A stretch of DNA of 49,850 bases from an uncultured Desulfobacteraceae bacterium (GTDB lineage: Bacteria > Desulfobacterota > Desulfobacteria > Desulfobacterales > UBA11574): contig CAZDAB010000001.1 in assembly GCA_964502855.1 (NCBI GenBank), positions 1-49,850 on the forward strand, written 5' to 3'. This document shows, in pieces, positions 1-8,760 of the stretch (position 1 is its first letter; each line of letters starts with the position of its first letter). A program made the position numbers and the translations under genes. The notes beneath the pieces were generated by a model, which was not told where the DNA came from, did no database searches, and worked only from the letters and a program-made list of their open reading frames with translations.

Positions 1-236
1 GCGATGAACCCAAAGCAAGTTGCGTCAAAATTGTCGGAACCTTCAACAATTGGAACACATCCGAAGAATCTCTCATGGAACGTAAAAAAGATGGTACATG
101 GTCAAAGAGTATCTATCTTGAACCGGGGACATACCAATACCGGTTTCTTATAGATGATGTATGGGTTGAAGATCAAAACAATTCCAACCAGGTCGATAAT
201 TCATTTGGAGGAAAAAACTCCATAATCCGGATTTAA
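1..236 (+). CDS. 3' end of a gene encoding a CBM48 / AMPK-beta-like glycogen-binding (E-set) domain; the 5' end lies outside the window
   Basis: Frame 3 reads ...CVKIVGTFNNWNTSEESLMERKKDGTWSKSIYLEPGTYQYRFLIDDVWVEDQNNSNQVDNSFGGKNSIIRI*, with stop TAA at 234-236. The pattern G-x-FN-x-W ... DG-x-W ... L-x-x-G-x-Y-x-Y-[RK]-F-x-[IV]-D is the classic CBM48 signature. Confidence 0.6.
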   Translation, partial: DEPKASCVKIVGTFNNWNTSEESLMERKKDGTWSKSIYLEPGTYQYRFLIDDVWVEDQNNSNQVDNSFGGKNSIIRI

Positions 237-405
237 GGGCTCACTCAAAAATAACTTCACATTTTGGATGCCGATGCATCCCGACTGGCTGCGTTACGAA
301 AACTCGAAATATGCTTGATATTCCTTAAGTTTTCGTGCCTTGCCAGCCGGGCGCCTCAACCCCCAAAATTGTAAATTTATTTTTTCGTGAACCCTAAGGG
401 GAAAA

Positions 406-774
406 ATGGAAAAAAAGAGCCTGGGCCGGGGACTGGATGACATTTCGGATATATTTTTATCACCCCGGAAGGATAAAAAGATTCTTCAAGGAAACGCAGA
501 CCACGGATTTGTGATGAACAAAACCTCCTCGGACAACATCGAACCCCAGTGTGAAATTGAAGAAAATGTGATTGTCCGGAGAAATATCGCATATCCAAAT
601 ACGTCAAATTCTCAACAGGATATTTTAAAATCCTTTTCCAAGCATCTTGAAGAAAACTACAGCATAAAGAGCATCGAACTGAGAAAAACGGATCGGATGT
701 CCCGGCCAGGAATGAAAAAATGCATAGAAGAGAAAATAACCATTTTTATTTATGGAGGAGTCAAGCGCCCATGA
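406..774 (+). CDS. hypothetical protein (122 aa)
   Basis: ATG-initiated ORF with an upstream AAGGGGAAAAATG context. The N-terminal KSLGRGLDDISDIFLS motif is not one I can assign to a family. Coding status rests on ORF length only. Confidence 0.35.
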   Translation: MEKKSLGRGLDDISDIFLSPRKDKKILQGNADHGFVMNKTSSDNIEPQCEIEENVIVRRNIAYPNTSNSQQDILKSFSKHLEENYSIKSIELRKTDRMSRPGMKKCIEEKITIFIYGGVKRP

Positions 775-822
775 ATTCCGTAAAAGGAATTTTTAAAAAC
801 AGAGTTTTTCAACGTTATACCT

Positions 823-1560
823 ATGAACCACCCAATATGTATAACAAAAACAATTAAAATGGAGGAGCAGATAATGGGAACCATAATTGAAATTGATAAA
901 GAATACCTTGAGAAAATGCCTCTGGAAAAAAAGACTGAATTCTTATTTGAGTATAAAAGTAAATTATATGACAATACCTTGGATGACAACTACCACACAC
1001 TAAAACGAAATCTAGGGTTCGCATGGTTTGATAGGATGTTGAGAGATTGTCAGCAAGGAAACTGCCCAAGATATTTTTCTAATGATATTTTTTATGCGTT
1101 AACTGATATATCGCTCGAAGGGTACGCTCTGCAAAAGGCGTATCATCTTTTAGGTGCCGAGGTTGGAATTAATGATAAAGAAAGATATTTTAAAGCACTT
1201 GGAAAAATTAATAATGTTTTGGACTGCAAAAAGGAAACTAAAATTAACATTAATTTGTTCAACCAAGATTCGAGGCAAGTTTACTATAAGACAGAAAAAA
1301 AATCACCATTTTATCAGGCTGCCAGACTTCGAAAAGCCTATTGGAATTTTTTAAAGGAATATCCAAACAATGATGAAATAGAAGACTATTTTTTTACATG
1401 TGAATTTATAGACAAGGTCCATCGAATTTATAACAAAAAAAGATGTTCATCAGAAGACTTTGAAAAGTATAAAGAAATATTGTCTGAAAGTCTTCATATT
1501 GCAAACCCGTTAGACTTATACCGGCTTTGTATTATTAGAAAAAAGGCACGTATCAATTGA
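823..1560 (+). CDS. hypothetical protein (245 aa) in an AT-rich stretch
   Basis: Longest ORF in a visibly AT-rich region. No recognisable motif. An alternative internal start (MEEQIMG...) is possible. Confidence 0.45.
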   Translation: MNHPICITKTIKMEEQIMGTIIEIDKEYLEKMPLEKKTEFLFEYKSKLYDNTLDDNYHTLKRNLGFAWFDRMLRDCQQGNCPRYFSNDIFYALTDISLEGYALQKAYHLLGAEVGINDKERYFKALGKINNVLDCKKETKININLFNQDSRQVYYKTEKKSPFYQAARLRKAYWNFLKEYPNNDEIEDYFFTCEFIDKVHRIYNKKRCSSEDFEKYKEILSESLHIANPLDLYRLCIIRKKARIN

Positions 1561-1955
1561 TAATCATTGCACTACGGTAGGTTGTTGAAAGCATTTTTAG
1601 AAAGGAACGCAAATGGACCACGAATGCGTGCCATGCGCCTTTCATCGAGATGGGTTTCGGCTTCCGGTTCGTATTATGAAATGGATATCTCTTAATTGAT
1701 TTTCACAGTAAAATTTCTAAATTATATCTACGAATCATAATATATAGCAAAAGTTTATTGCGTTGATTTTTTATTTATTACGCTGATCGATTGCCTCCTT
1801 TGATCCAGACCCTCTCACTGGTGTTTGAGATTTCGCACGAAATCCGAAATCGCCAATAACATGCATCTTAACATCACGAAATTATAAGAAACCGACAAAC
1901 CACCATGAGATCCAAAGGAAACACCAGATAGAGAAACACGGTCTTTAGAAAGCCC

Positions 1956-2816
1956 ATGCCAATTAAACAGCCAAAGGAAAAAGAGGCAGCGTCATTTGAT
2001 TTTCGCGAAACCTTACAGTTCTATTTAATTGACTGCAAGACGCCATTAGGCAAAATAATTGATGTTTTCATCATTGTCCTGAATCTTGCTATCTGCTCCA
2101 TTTTCGTGATCGAGACCTATCCCGTGTCTGAAGCTACCAGACGCCTGCTATGGAATACAGAGGTAATAATCGTCCTGTTTTTCATCGTCGAGTATGTTGC
2201 ACGACTTTACGGTGCAAAAAGCAGACTCAAACAGTTGATTGATCTTTACAGCATCGTTGATTTTATAGCCATTGTGCCGACGCTCTCTCTGCTTGTGCTC
2301 CCCGTGTTCGGTTTAACGCCCAACTTCGGATTCATAAAAGTGATCCGGGTGATCCGGGTGTTCAGGATATTCAGGTTCCTGCGATTTACCGCAGACCCTC
2401 AATTTTTCTTCGGTAGCATTACCGTCCGGTTATTGAATTTGATTAGACTCTTTTTAACCATACTCATGATTTTTTTCATTTCTTCAGGCCTTTTTTTTTA
2501 TGTTGAAAGCATATCAAACCCAAGTGTGCGGACTTTCGGGGATGCATTCTATTTCACCGTGGTTACGCTTACAACAGTGGGGTTCGGAGACATTACTCCC
2601 CTGTCCGAGGCAGGGAAATGGGTTACCGTGCTTATGATACTTTCAGGTATTATCCTCATACCCTGGCAAGTGAGCCGTATCGCCAAGGAATGGATACACA
2701 TTGCCACAAAAAAAAAGGTCGTTTGCCCGGGGTGTGGCCTTCGCTACCATGACGAGGATGCCTCACATTGCAAGTCCTGCGGACATATTATTTACCAGGA
2801 ATATGACGGGGATTAG
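1956..2816 (+). CDS. voltage-gated (6TM, Kv-like) potassium channel with a C-terminal CxxC...CxxC zinc-ribbon tail
   Basis: S4-like arginine ladder KVIRVIRVFRIFRFLRF. Pore helix plus selectivity filter FYFTVVTLTTVGFGDITP. Multiple hydrophobic helices. C-terminal CPGCGLRYHDEDASHCKSCG. Confidence 0.85.
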   Translation: MPIKQPKEKEAASFDFRETLQFYLIDCKTPLGKIIDVFIIVLNLAICSIFVIETYPVSEATRRLLWNTEVIIVLFFIVEYVARLYGAKSRLKQLIDLYSIVDFIAIVPTLSLLVLPVFGLTPNFGFIKVIRVIRVFRIFRFLRFTADPQFFFGSITVRLLNLIRLFLTILMIFFISSGLFFYVESISNPSVRTFGDAFYFTVVTLTTVGFGDITPLSEAGKWVTVLMILSGIILIPWQVSRIAKEWIHIATKKKVVCPGCGLRYHDEDASHCKSCGHIIYQEYDGD

Positions 2817-3080
2817 GACCGGTCCACTAGTAGAAATCCAAACAATAGTGTTCAATCTCCAATTTTTATATATTCAGCATTCAAAAAAACATGGTAGAAT
2901 GAAAACTTGATTTTTATGATATATTCTTGTATGTTAGTAGGCAATGGTAAATATTAGTAATAATCTCAGGCACATTAATATGGTAGAAGTCGCGGGGTCA
3001 AGACCGATCGTGCCTACCGGAGAAGTCAAGGGGTTGCGGTTACCGCCGTGACCTTTATTATTATTTGGGCCGCATTTATT

Positions 3081-3280
3081 CGCCTTCGCCTGAATACCCT
3101 ACAGCTTGTTGGTGTGAAACGGAAATCCCGCCCAGAGGGGCTGCAGGGATGAACGGCAAGGTGAACCGCGCTGAAGCTCATCAGAGCGAAGGCGGGCTAA
3201 ATCCACTATATCATTTCAACGTTGGAATGGCTACGGCGCAATTCCGCTTTGATACCCTGCAGCTTGCTGCGGGGAGCTTC
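3081..3280. repeat. cluster of short direct and inverted repeats and hairpins in an intergenic region
   Basis: Direct repeat ATACCCT(A/G)CAGCTTG(T/C)TG at 3094-3114 and 3252-3274. The second copy folds as an 8-bp hairpin, ccctgcag-CTTG-ctgcgggg. An inverted copy gctgcaggg lies at 3141-3149. Long-range complementarity exists between cgccttcgc (3081-3089) and gcgaaggcg (3186-3194). Confidence 0.4.
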
Positions 3281-3297
3281 ATCTTTCATTGCTAAAC

Positions 3298-4278
3298 ATG
3301 TTATTTTTTCATCCTGGAAGAATGATTTGTAAACAGATAAAAATTGCGCTGGTATTTCTTGTGACATGCCTGTGGTTTCATTTTCCTGTTTTTGCCGCCG
3401 GTCAGGGGGAAAGCAGGCTGTATGACCTGCCGATAATTGAACTTAAAGATGTTGTGGAAGACTGGTTTCGGCAAAGCGGCTTTCAGGTCCGCATAGAGCC
3501 GATTGAAAGAGGAGAACTTGAGATATACGCCGAAAAAGAATATGAAGAATGGCGAATCGTCTTATGGCACCACTCTTCACTGGCAACCTGGATAAATGCC
3601 GGATGCACCGTCAACGGACAGTCTTACAACGGTCGAGCCGAGCACCTGTGGAAACATATTTCAAGCTACATCAAGGAACCTTCCGGTGATACAAAATTTA
3701 AATCTTCCCATCAGACCTTACCGGACGCCGTTTTACAGCAAATTGATACTGTGGTATGTATTTATGCGAATACCGACGGCAGGGATATTCAGTTATCAGG
3801 TTTTATTATTGATGACAGCGGCCTGATTATCTGTACCGCCCATGATTTAAAACTGCTCCAGACCACTACCGTTGTTCTGTATGATCGTAAAGAGTTGCCG
3901 GGGCGTGTGGTCAAAATTGATCACCATATGGACCTCACCTTAATTGATGTGGGGGTTAAACTGGAAAATGCTGTACCGCTGACAAAAGGTAGAAATATAT
4001 TGCAAATGGAGGAAAGGCTTTATGCCGCGGTATGCCCCTCGCTCTTGTCAAAAACGTTTTATCCCGGAATTATTAACGGTCCACCCAGACGAGTGGGGGA
4101 TCAGGTATTGTGGCAGGTAAATATGCCGGTTTATCACGGAAGCAGCGGGAGCCCTGTTTTTGATAACAACGGGCGTCTGGTCGGCATTGTAAAGGGGAAG
4201 TATCGCCACACCGAGAACATTGGGTTTGTCATACCTTTTGAAACGTTAATGACATTCATTAAAGATGGACAGCACTGA
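3298..4278 (+). CDS. secreted trypsin-like (S1/S1C-type) serine protease
   Basis: Catalytic triad contexts LIICTAHDL (His), MDLTLIDV (Asp) and YHGSSGSPVFDNNGRLVGIV (Ser). N-terminal hydrophobic signal-like segment IALVFLVTCLWFHFPVFAAG. The start is ambiguous: TTG 3289, ATG 3298 or ATG 3322. Confidence 0.8.
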   Translation: MLFFHPGRMICKQIKIALVFLVTCLWFHFPVFAAGQGESRLYDLPIIELKDVVEDWFRQSGFQVRIEPIERGELEIYAEKEYEEWRIVLWHHSSLATWINAGCTVNGQSYNGRAEHLWKHISSYIKEPSGDTKFKSSHQTLPDAVLQQIDTVVCIYANTDGRDIQLSGFIIDDSGLIICTAHDLKLLQTTTVVLYDRKELPGRVVKIDHHMDLTLIDVGVKLENAVPLTKGRNILQMEERLYAAVCPSLLSKTFYPGIINGPPRRVGDQVLWQVNMPVYHGSSGSPVFDNNGRLVGIVKGKYRHTENIGFVIPFETLMTFIKDGQH

Positions 4279-4384
4279 CAATCTGTATTAATTCAGCCCG
4301 GTCACCGACTGAATGAATGGCAAAGCTTCAAATCCCAACGACGTTTTTGTTGCCCTTTCCGGGAAAGGTTAGGTGCTGTTTTTT

Positions 4385-5812
4385 ATGGTATTTTCAAGCA
4401 ATTTTTTTCTTTTCGCTTTTCTTCCTGCGGCAATCATTTGCTATTATGCACAGCGTCTGTTGTTCAACAACAGGCTGCGCAACGCCGTCCTTCTTGTATT
4501 CAGCTACCTGTTTTACCTTTATGGTGCGGCCGGTTTTCTCCTGATCCTCGTGCTTTCGACCCTTGCAGACTATTTGTTCGGTCTTCTCATTGACCGCGAC
4601 CGTTGCCGCAAGCGGTTATGGTTGAGTTTCTCGGTTCTTCTTAACATAGGGCTTTTGGCCTATTTTAAGTACGCAAATTTTTTTATCCTGGAACTGGGCG
4701 GAGCGTTACAATACTTGGGGTTTTCTCCGGCAGGATGGGAAAACGTCATCCTTCCCATTGGAATCTCATTTTTTACGTTTCAGAAGCTGAGTTACGTCAT
4801 TGATGTCTTTCGAGGAAAAAGCCGGGCACTTGTCAATGTCGTCGACTTTGCACTTTACGTGGCAATGTTTTCTCAGTTAATCGCAGGCCCGATCATCCGG
4901 TTTAAAGATATCAGAAGTCAGCTCAAAGATCGCAAAGAGTCTTGGGATCTATTCTATATGGGTACGATACGCTTCTGCTGGGGACTGTCAAAGAAAGTGA
5001 TTATCGCGGATTCCTGCGGCCGGATTGCCGACGTGGTCTTTGGCCTCGGCATGCCGTCACTTGACACAAAGACCGCCTGGCTCGGCTGCTTTGCCTACGG
5101 CCTCCAGATTTATGTCGATTTCTCCGCATATTCCGATATGGCTTTGGGACTGGGAATGTTGTTCGGATTTAAATTCCTGGAAAATTTCAACCTCCCCTAT
5201 TCGGCAATTAGCATCTCGGATTTCTGGCGGCGCTGGCATATATCCTTGAGCCAATGGTTTAAAGACTATCTATATGTCCCCCTGGGAGGCAATCGACAGG
5301 GAACTGTTAGAACCTATCTTAACCTGATGGCTGTTTTTATCTTATGCGGGATATGGCATGGTGCGAACTGGACGTTTCTCCTCTGGGGCCTTTACCACGG
5401 AGTGTTCTTGATGATCGAACGAGCCACCCGTCTGCGTGACATCTCTCCCCAAAGATATACATTTGTACGAAGAGCCGTCACCCTGTTCATTGTGATGGTG
5501 GGGTGGGTGTTGTTTCGTTCGGAGGATATTTTTCAGGCAAAAGATTTCCTGGAAGTGATGTTTACGCCAATCAACCTGCCGCTCTCATATGAACTCAGTC
5601 TGGCCTTGAACTATCGAAACGTTATTTTCATGCTGACAGCCGCAATTTCTTTCTTGCTGCCGGTCAGATTTTCAGGAACAGAGTTCTTAATGAGCCACAA
5701 GAGACCCATGTGGGTGATTGCGGGTCTAATTGCAATCCTGGTGCTGCTTCCATATAGCGCCGCTCTGATTGCCGGCGGTTCGAACACCCCCTTTATTTAC
5801 TACCGGTTCTGA
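4385..5812 (+). CDS. MBOAT-family membrane O-acyltransferase (AlgI/PatA/DltB-like)
   Basis: N-terminus MVFSSNFFLFAFLP is typical of AlgI-like MBOATs. Also present: FWRRWHISLSQWFKDYLYVPLGGNR and the catalytic-His region CGIWHGANW, with many TM helices. I prefer ATG 4385 over the tracked GTG 4373. Confidence 0.9.
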   Translation: MVFSSNFFLFAFLPAAIICYYAQRLLFNNRLRNAVLLVFSYLFYLYGAAGFLLILVLSTLADYLFGLLIDRDRCRKRLWLSFSVLLNIGLLAYFKYANFFILELGGALQYLGFSPAGWENVILPIGISFFTFQKLSYVIDVFRGKSRALVNVVDFALYVAMFSQLIAGPIIRFKDIRSQLKDRKESWDLFYMGTIRFCWGLSKKVIIADSCGRIADVVFGLGMPSLDTKTAWLGCFAYGLQIYVDFSAYSDMALGLGMLFGFKFLENFNLPYSAISISDFWRRWHISLSQWFKDYLYVPLGGNRQGTVRTYLNLMAVFILCGIWHGANWTFLLWGLYHGVFLMIERATRLRDISPQRYTFVRRAVTLFIVMVGWVLFRSEDIFQAKDFLEVMFTPINLPLSYELSLALNYRNVIFMLTAAISFLLPVRFSGTEFLMSHKRPMWVIAGLIAILVLLPYSAALIAGGSNTPFIYYRF

Positions 5813-5819
5813 GAAAAAC

Positions 5820-8753
5820 ATGAGAAAACTGCTTTCATTGATATTTGTCTTTCTTTTGCTTGCTCCGTTCGGGCTGCAGGTAACCGGACTAAATTTTTCC
5901 ACCCATGTGGATAAGCTGGGGATAAAACCGCCCCGGATTTGCAGGCAGGCTTTTTTAGACAATGACTACTACCGCTCTTTCGACGAGTATTTCAATGACA
6001 GCTTCTTACTTCGCGGGCCACTGATCCTTGCAAAAAACTGGCTCGACTACCATTTGTTCAGAACCACAGACTCCCGCGAGGTCCACATAGGAACTGATGG
6101 TTGGCTTTACGACGTTAAATCCATAAAAGACTATCGGAAAGAAGCATGCAATACCCAAGCATATGCCAAACAACTTGTCCTGGAGCTTCATGCTCTTGAA
6201 AAGATTATCCAAGCTTCGGGTCGCCGGTTCTTCTTCTCCATCGCCCCGAACAAGTCCACTATTTATCCGGAATTTGTGGGTTTTGTGTCCAAGGACAACC
6301 CGTGCGACAGCAGCCTGTATGACCTGTTTTTGGAAAACCTCACGTTACACCCGTTGAAAAGTTTTATGAGGCTTGACGCAACCCTAAAGGATGAAAAAAA
6401 GAAAGGTGCGCTGCTGTATGACAAGACAAGCACCCGGTGGAACAGCCTGGGCGCGATGGTTGCCGCAAAAATTATCTTCAAGGAAGTTCTTGACGGCCTG
6501 GGTGAGGCGCCCGCTATAGATTTCGCCTCCCCCGAACCTCTGGTCTACGGAGACCTGACCGGCAAACTCATGGGGCTTTCGGTTGTTGGTGAGGAGAACC
6601 TTATCAGACACTTCAGGAGGTTCGACCGGGCCGGTTTGCCTTCGGCGGTTGTTTATGGTGACTCCTTCATGTCGAATCTAATCCATTGCTTGGCGGATAA
6701 ATTTCAAAAGCTTGACATGATTTCGACGGACTGCATCCCGTCAAGAAAGCATGGGGAGAATTTGAAGTCGTACGACGTTATTCTGTTTGAGAGAGCCGAA
6801 TCCGAAATGGAAACCATACAGATTGAAATCGACAGAATTTTCTCCGCACTGGAGACCGAAGTACTATCCTTGGACCGGCGCCGTCTCGATCTTAAGGATG
6901 TATTACCGGTTTCTCAAATTTCTCTAAAAGCCCGAGTGGACGGTATGGCAATAAAGTCCGTGGGCACCGATTCCATTTTCAAATTTATCTCCGTTCCCGG
7001 TTCGAACCACGAGATCTTCAGAGTGCTAAAGCTCTCCATTGAATCCCCACACCCGGACATCATGACCATCAAGTACATGGCCGATCAGCCCCACGTGACG
7101 CAAAAACCTCTCAAAACCGGGGCCACGGAAGTCTATTTACCGCTACCCTTTTGGGACTCTATATGTCTGCGCATCAACCCGGGGAAAAAGGTAGGCTTCT
7201 TCATGCTGCGATCGGCAGAAATACTCGAATTTTTAAACACCCCTGATAGGATGTGCCCGGTCGGAGAAACGCCCGTCATGACCCTGGCCGAGCCGGAGGA
7301 GGGGGATACCTGCCCGCACAGCGGAGCAAATACGGACCGGGTGATCCCGGACACGGATACCGTCCCGCCGGTTGCTGTAAAAATTAGGCTGCATACAGAC
7401 GAGACCTCCGGGGAGATAATGCCGCGGGACGTGAAAGAATTTGCCGGAGAAAAATCTTCCATCGCCGTGACCGACTATGAAGACGGACGAATTTTTCAGC
7501 GCAACGGTAATAGCGGAGACATCGTTGTCTCGGGCACTTACACCGGCATGCCTGTGGCTGTAGAGGCCCGGGTGGTAAGGTCTGGCACCTCCGAGGAGAT
7601 CGTACCCTGGTCTGAGGTCGATGCATGCCCGAAAAACGGTATTTTTTTAGGGAAGCTTGCCGGTGTACCCCAGGGCGGTTGGTATAACATACAAGCCCGA
7701 AATAGTAAAAACCATGCTATCTCCAGTCGCGGATCGAACAGATGGGCCGTAGGGATACTTGTGGGGTGCATTGGTCAGTCCAACATGAAGGAATGGTTCC
7801 ATACGGGTACAAACGTCACGTCACATTCGCTAATCCGGAAACATACCGATAAGGGATGGTCCGAGCTGGGTATGAAAGGCAATGCGGCAATTGCTTTTGG
7901 AAACAGACTGATAGAGCGACTCAGCATACCTATCGGTCTTCTTGATTATTCCGTAAACGGATCCGGGTTGAGGAAAGAGGCGGACTGGGGCATGGACTAC
8001 TGGGAAAATACCCGGCCAGGCTCAATTTACAACCGCTTTCTGTCCGGCGTTTCAGCGGTAGGCGGCGACCTGGAGTATGTCATATGGATGCAGGGGGAAG
8101 CGGACGCCGCGCGCGGTACGGTCACCGAAGCCGAGTACACAGCTTCCCTCGAAAGTTTTATCACCCACCAGGTAAGGGCTGACATCGGCAACGGTTCAAA
8201 TCAGGCAAACCTGCCATTCCTCATCGTAATGATGATTAAACGGCCCGGGGGTAAAGACGCGCCGCACCAGGCAATACGCAACGCCCAGAAGCACGTTGCA
8301 GAGAATGTGCCCGATTGCTACCCGGCGGCTACGACCTTGGATCTCAAGAACCATGGCAGACAGCACTTGGCCCCGGATGCATATACCACCCTTGGACTCA
8401 GGGTCGCCCAAACGGTCTTATACATTTTGGGAAAGGAAAAGTATTACCGGGGTCCGCGGGTGGCTGCCGTAAATTCGGTAGACAGCCGCACTCTGGACGT
8501 GACCATACAGCACCGTGGCGGGACTGATTTTACACCGGTCCATGGGATTGCCGGATGGGAAGTCCTGGCAGGCGAAACTCTTTTACCTGTTTCGAAAGTG
8601 TACCGGCGTGATGCGGAAACCATCAGAATCATCCTTAAGAACACGGTTGCCCACAACACAAAAATCCGCTACCTGTATGGTGCAATGCCGGATACGAGTC
8701 GCCCAGTACTGGACAACTCCAAGATGTTGCTACCCCTGGAAGAATATCATTAG
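5820..8753 (+). CDS. large exported fusion protein: N-terminal AlgJ/AlgX-like SGNH domain, central unknown region, C-terminal SASA (sialate O-acetylesterase-like, GQSNM) domain
   Basis: Start at MRKLLSLIFVFLLLAPFG (signal-like), 8 nt after the MBOAT stop. AlgJ-like motifs HIGTDGWLYD, APNKSTIYPEF and TRWNSLGA. SASA motifs GCIGQSNMKEW and VIWMQGEADA. Confidence 0.75.
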   Translation: MRKLLSLIFVFLLLAPFGLQVTGLNFSTHVDKLGIKPPRICRQAFLDNDYYRSFDEYFNDSFLLRGPLILAKNWLDYHLFRTTDSREVHIGTDGWLYDVKSIKDYRKEACNTQAYAKQLVLELHALEKIIQASGRRFFFSIAPNKSTIYPEFVGFVSKDNPCDSSLYDLFLENLTLHPLKSFMRLDATLKDEKKKGALLYDKTSTRWNSLGAMVAAKIIFKEVLDGLGEAPAIDFASPEPLVYGDLTGKLMGLSVVGEENLIRHFRRFDRAGLPSAVVYGDSFMSNLIHCLADKFQKLDMISTDCIPSRKHGENLKSYDVILFERAESEMETIQIEIDRIFSALETEVLSLDRRRLDLKDVLPVSQISLKARVDGMAIKSVGTDSIFKFISVPGSNHEIFRVLKLSIESPHPDIMTIKYMADQPHVTQKPLKTGATEVYLPLPFWDSICLRINPGKKVGFFMLRSAEILEFLNTPDRMCPVGETPVMTLAEPEEGDTCPHSGANTDRVIPDTDTVPPVAVKIRLHTDETSGEIMPRDVKEFAGEKSSIAVTDYEDGRIFQRNGNSGDIVVSGTYTGMPVAVEARVVRSGTSEEIVPWSEVDACPKNGIFLGKLAGVPQGGWYNIQARNSKNHAISSRGSNRWAVGILVGCIGQSNMKEWFHTGTNVTSHSLIRKHTDKGWSELGMKGNAAIAFGNRLIERLSIPIGLLDYSVNGSGLRKEADWGMDYWENTRPGSIYNRFLSGVSAVGGDLEYVIWMQGEADAARGTVTEAEYTASLESFITHQVRADIGNGSNQANLPFLIVMMIKRPGGKDAPHQAIRNAQKHVAENVPDCYPAATTLDLKNHGRQHLAPDAYTTLGLRVAQTVLYILGKEKYYRGPRVAAVNSVDSRTLDVTIQHRGGTDFTPVHGIAGWEVLAGETLLPVSKVYRRDAETIRIILKNTVAHNTKIRYLYGAMPDTSRPVLDNSKMLLPLEEYH

Positions 8754-8760
8754 CCTTTGA

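Noticed and set aside
2968-3020. tRNA-like fragment (ggcacat...tggtagaagtcgcggggtcaagaccgatcgtgcctacc) that could mark an integration site
   Set aside because: It is only ~50 nt. The acceptor-like ends pair, but no D-arm, anticodon arm or proper T-arm (GTTCRANYC with a complementary stem) can be built. There is no integrase nearby. At best it is a degenerate remnant.
3065-3295. Tracked 76-aa ORF across the intergenic repeat region
   Set aside because: It has a non-ATG start and no RBS, and its sequence is dominated by the hairpin/repeat motifs. It is better explained as non-coding repeat DNA.
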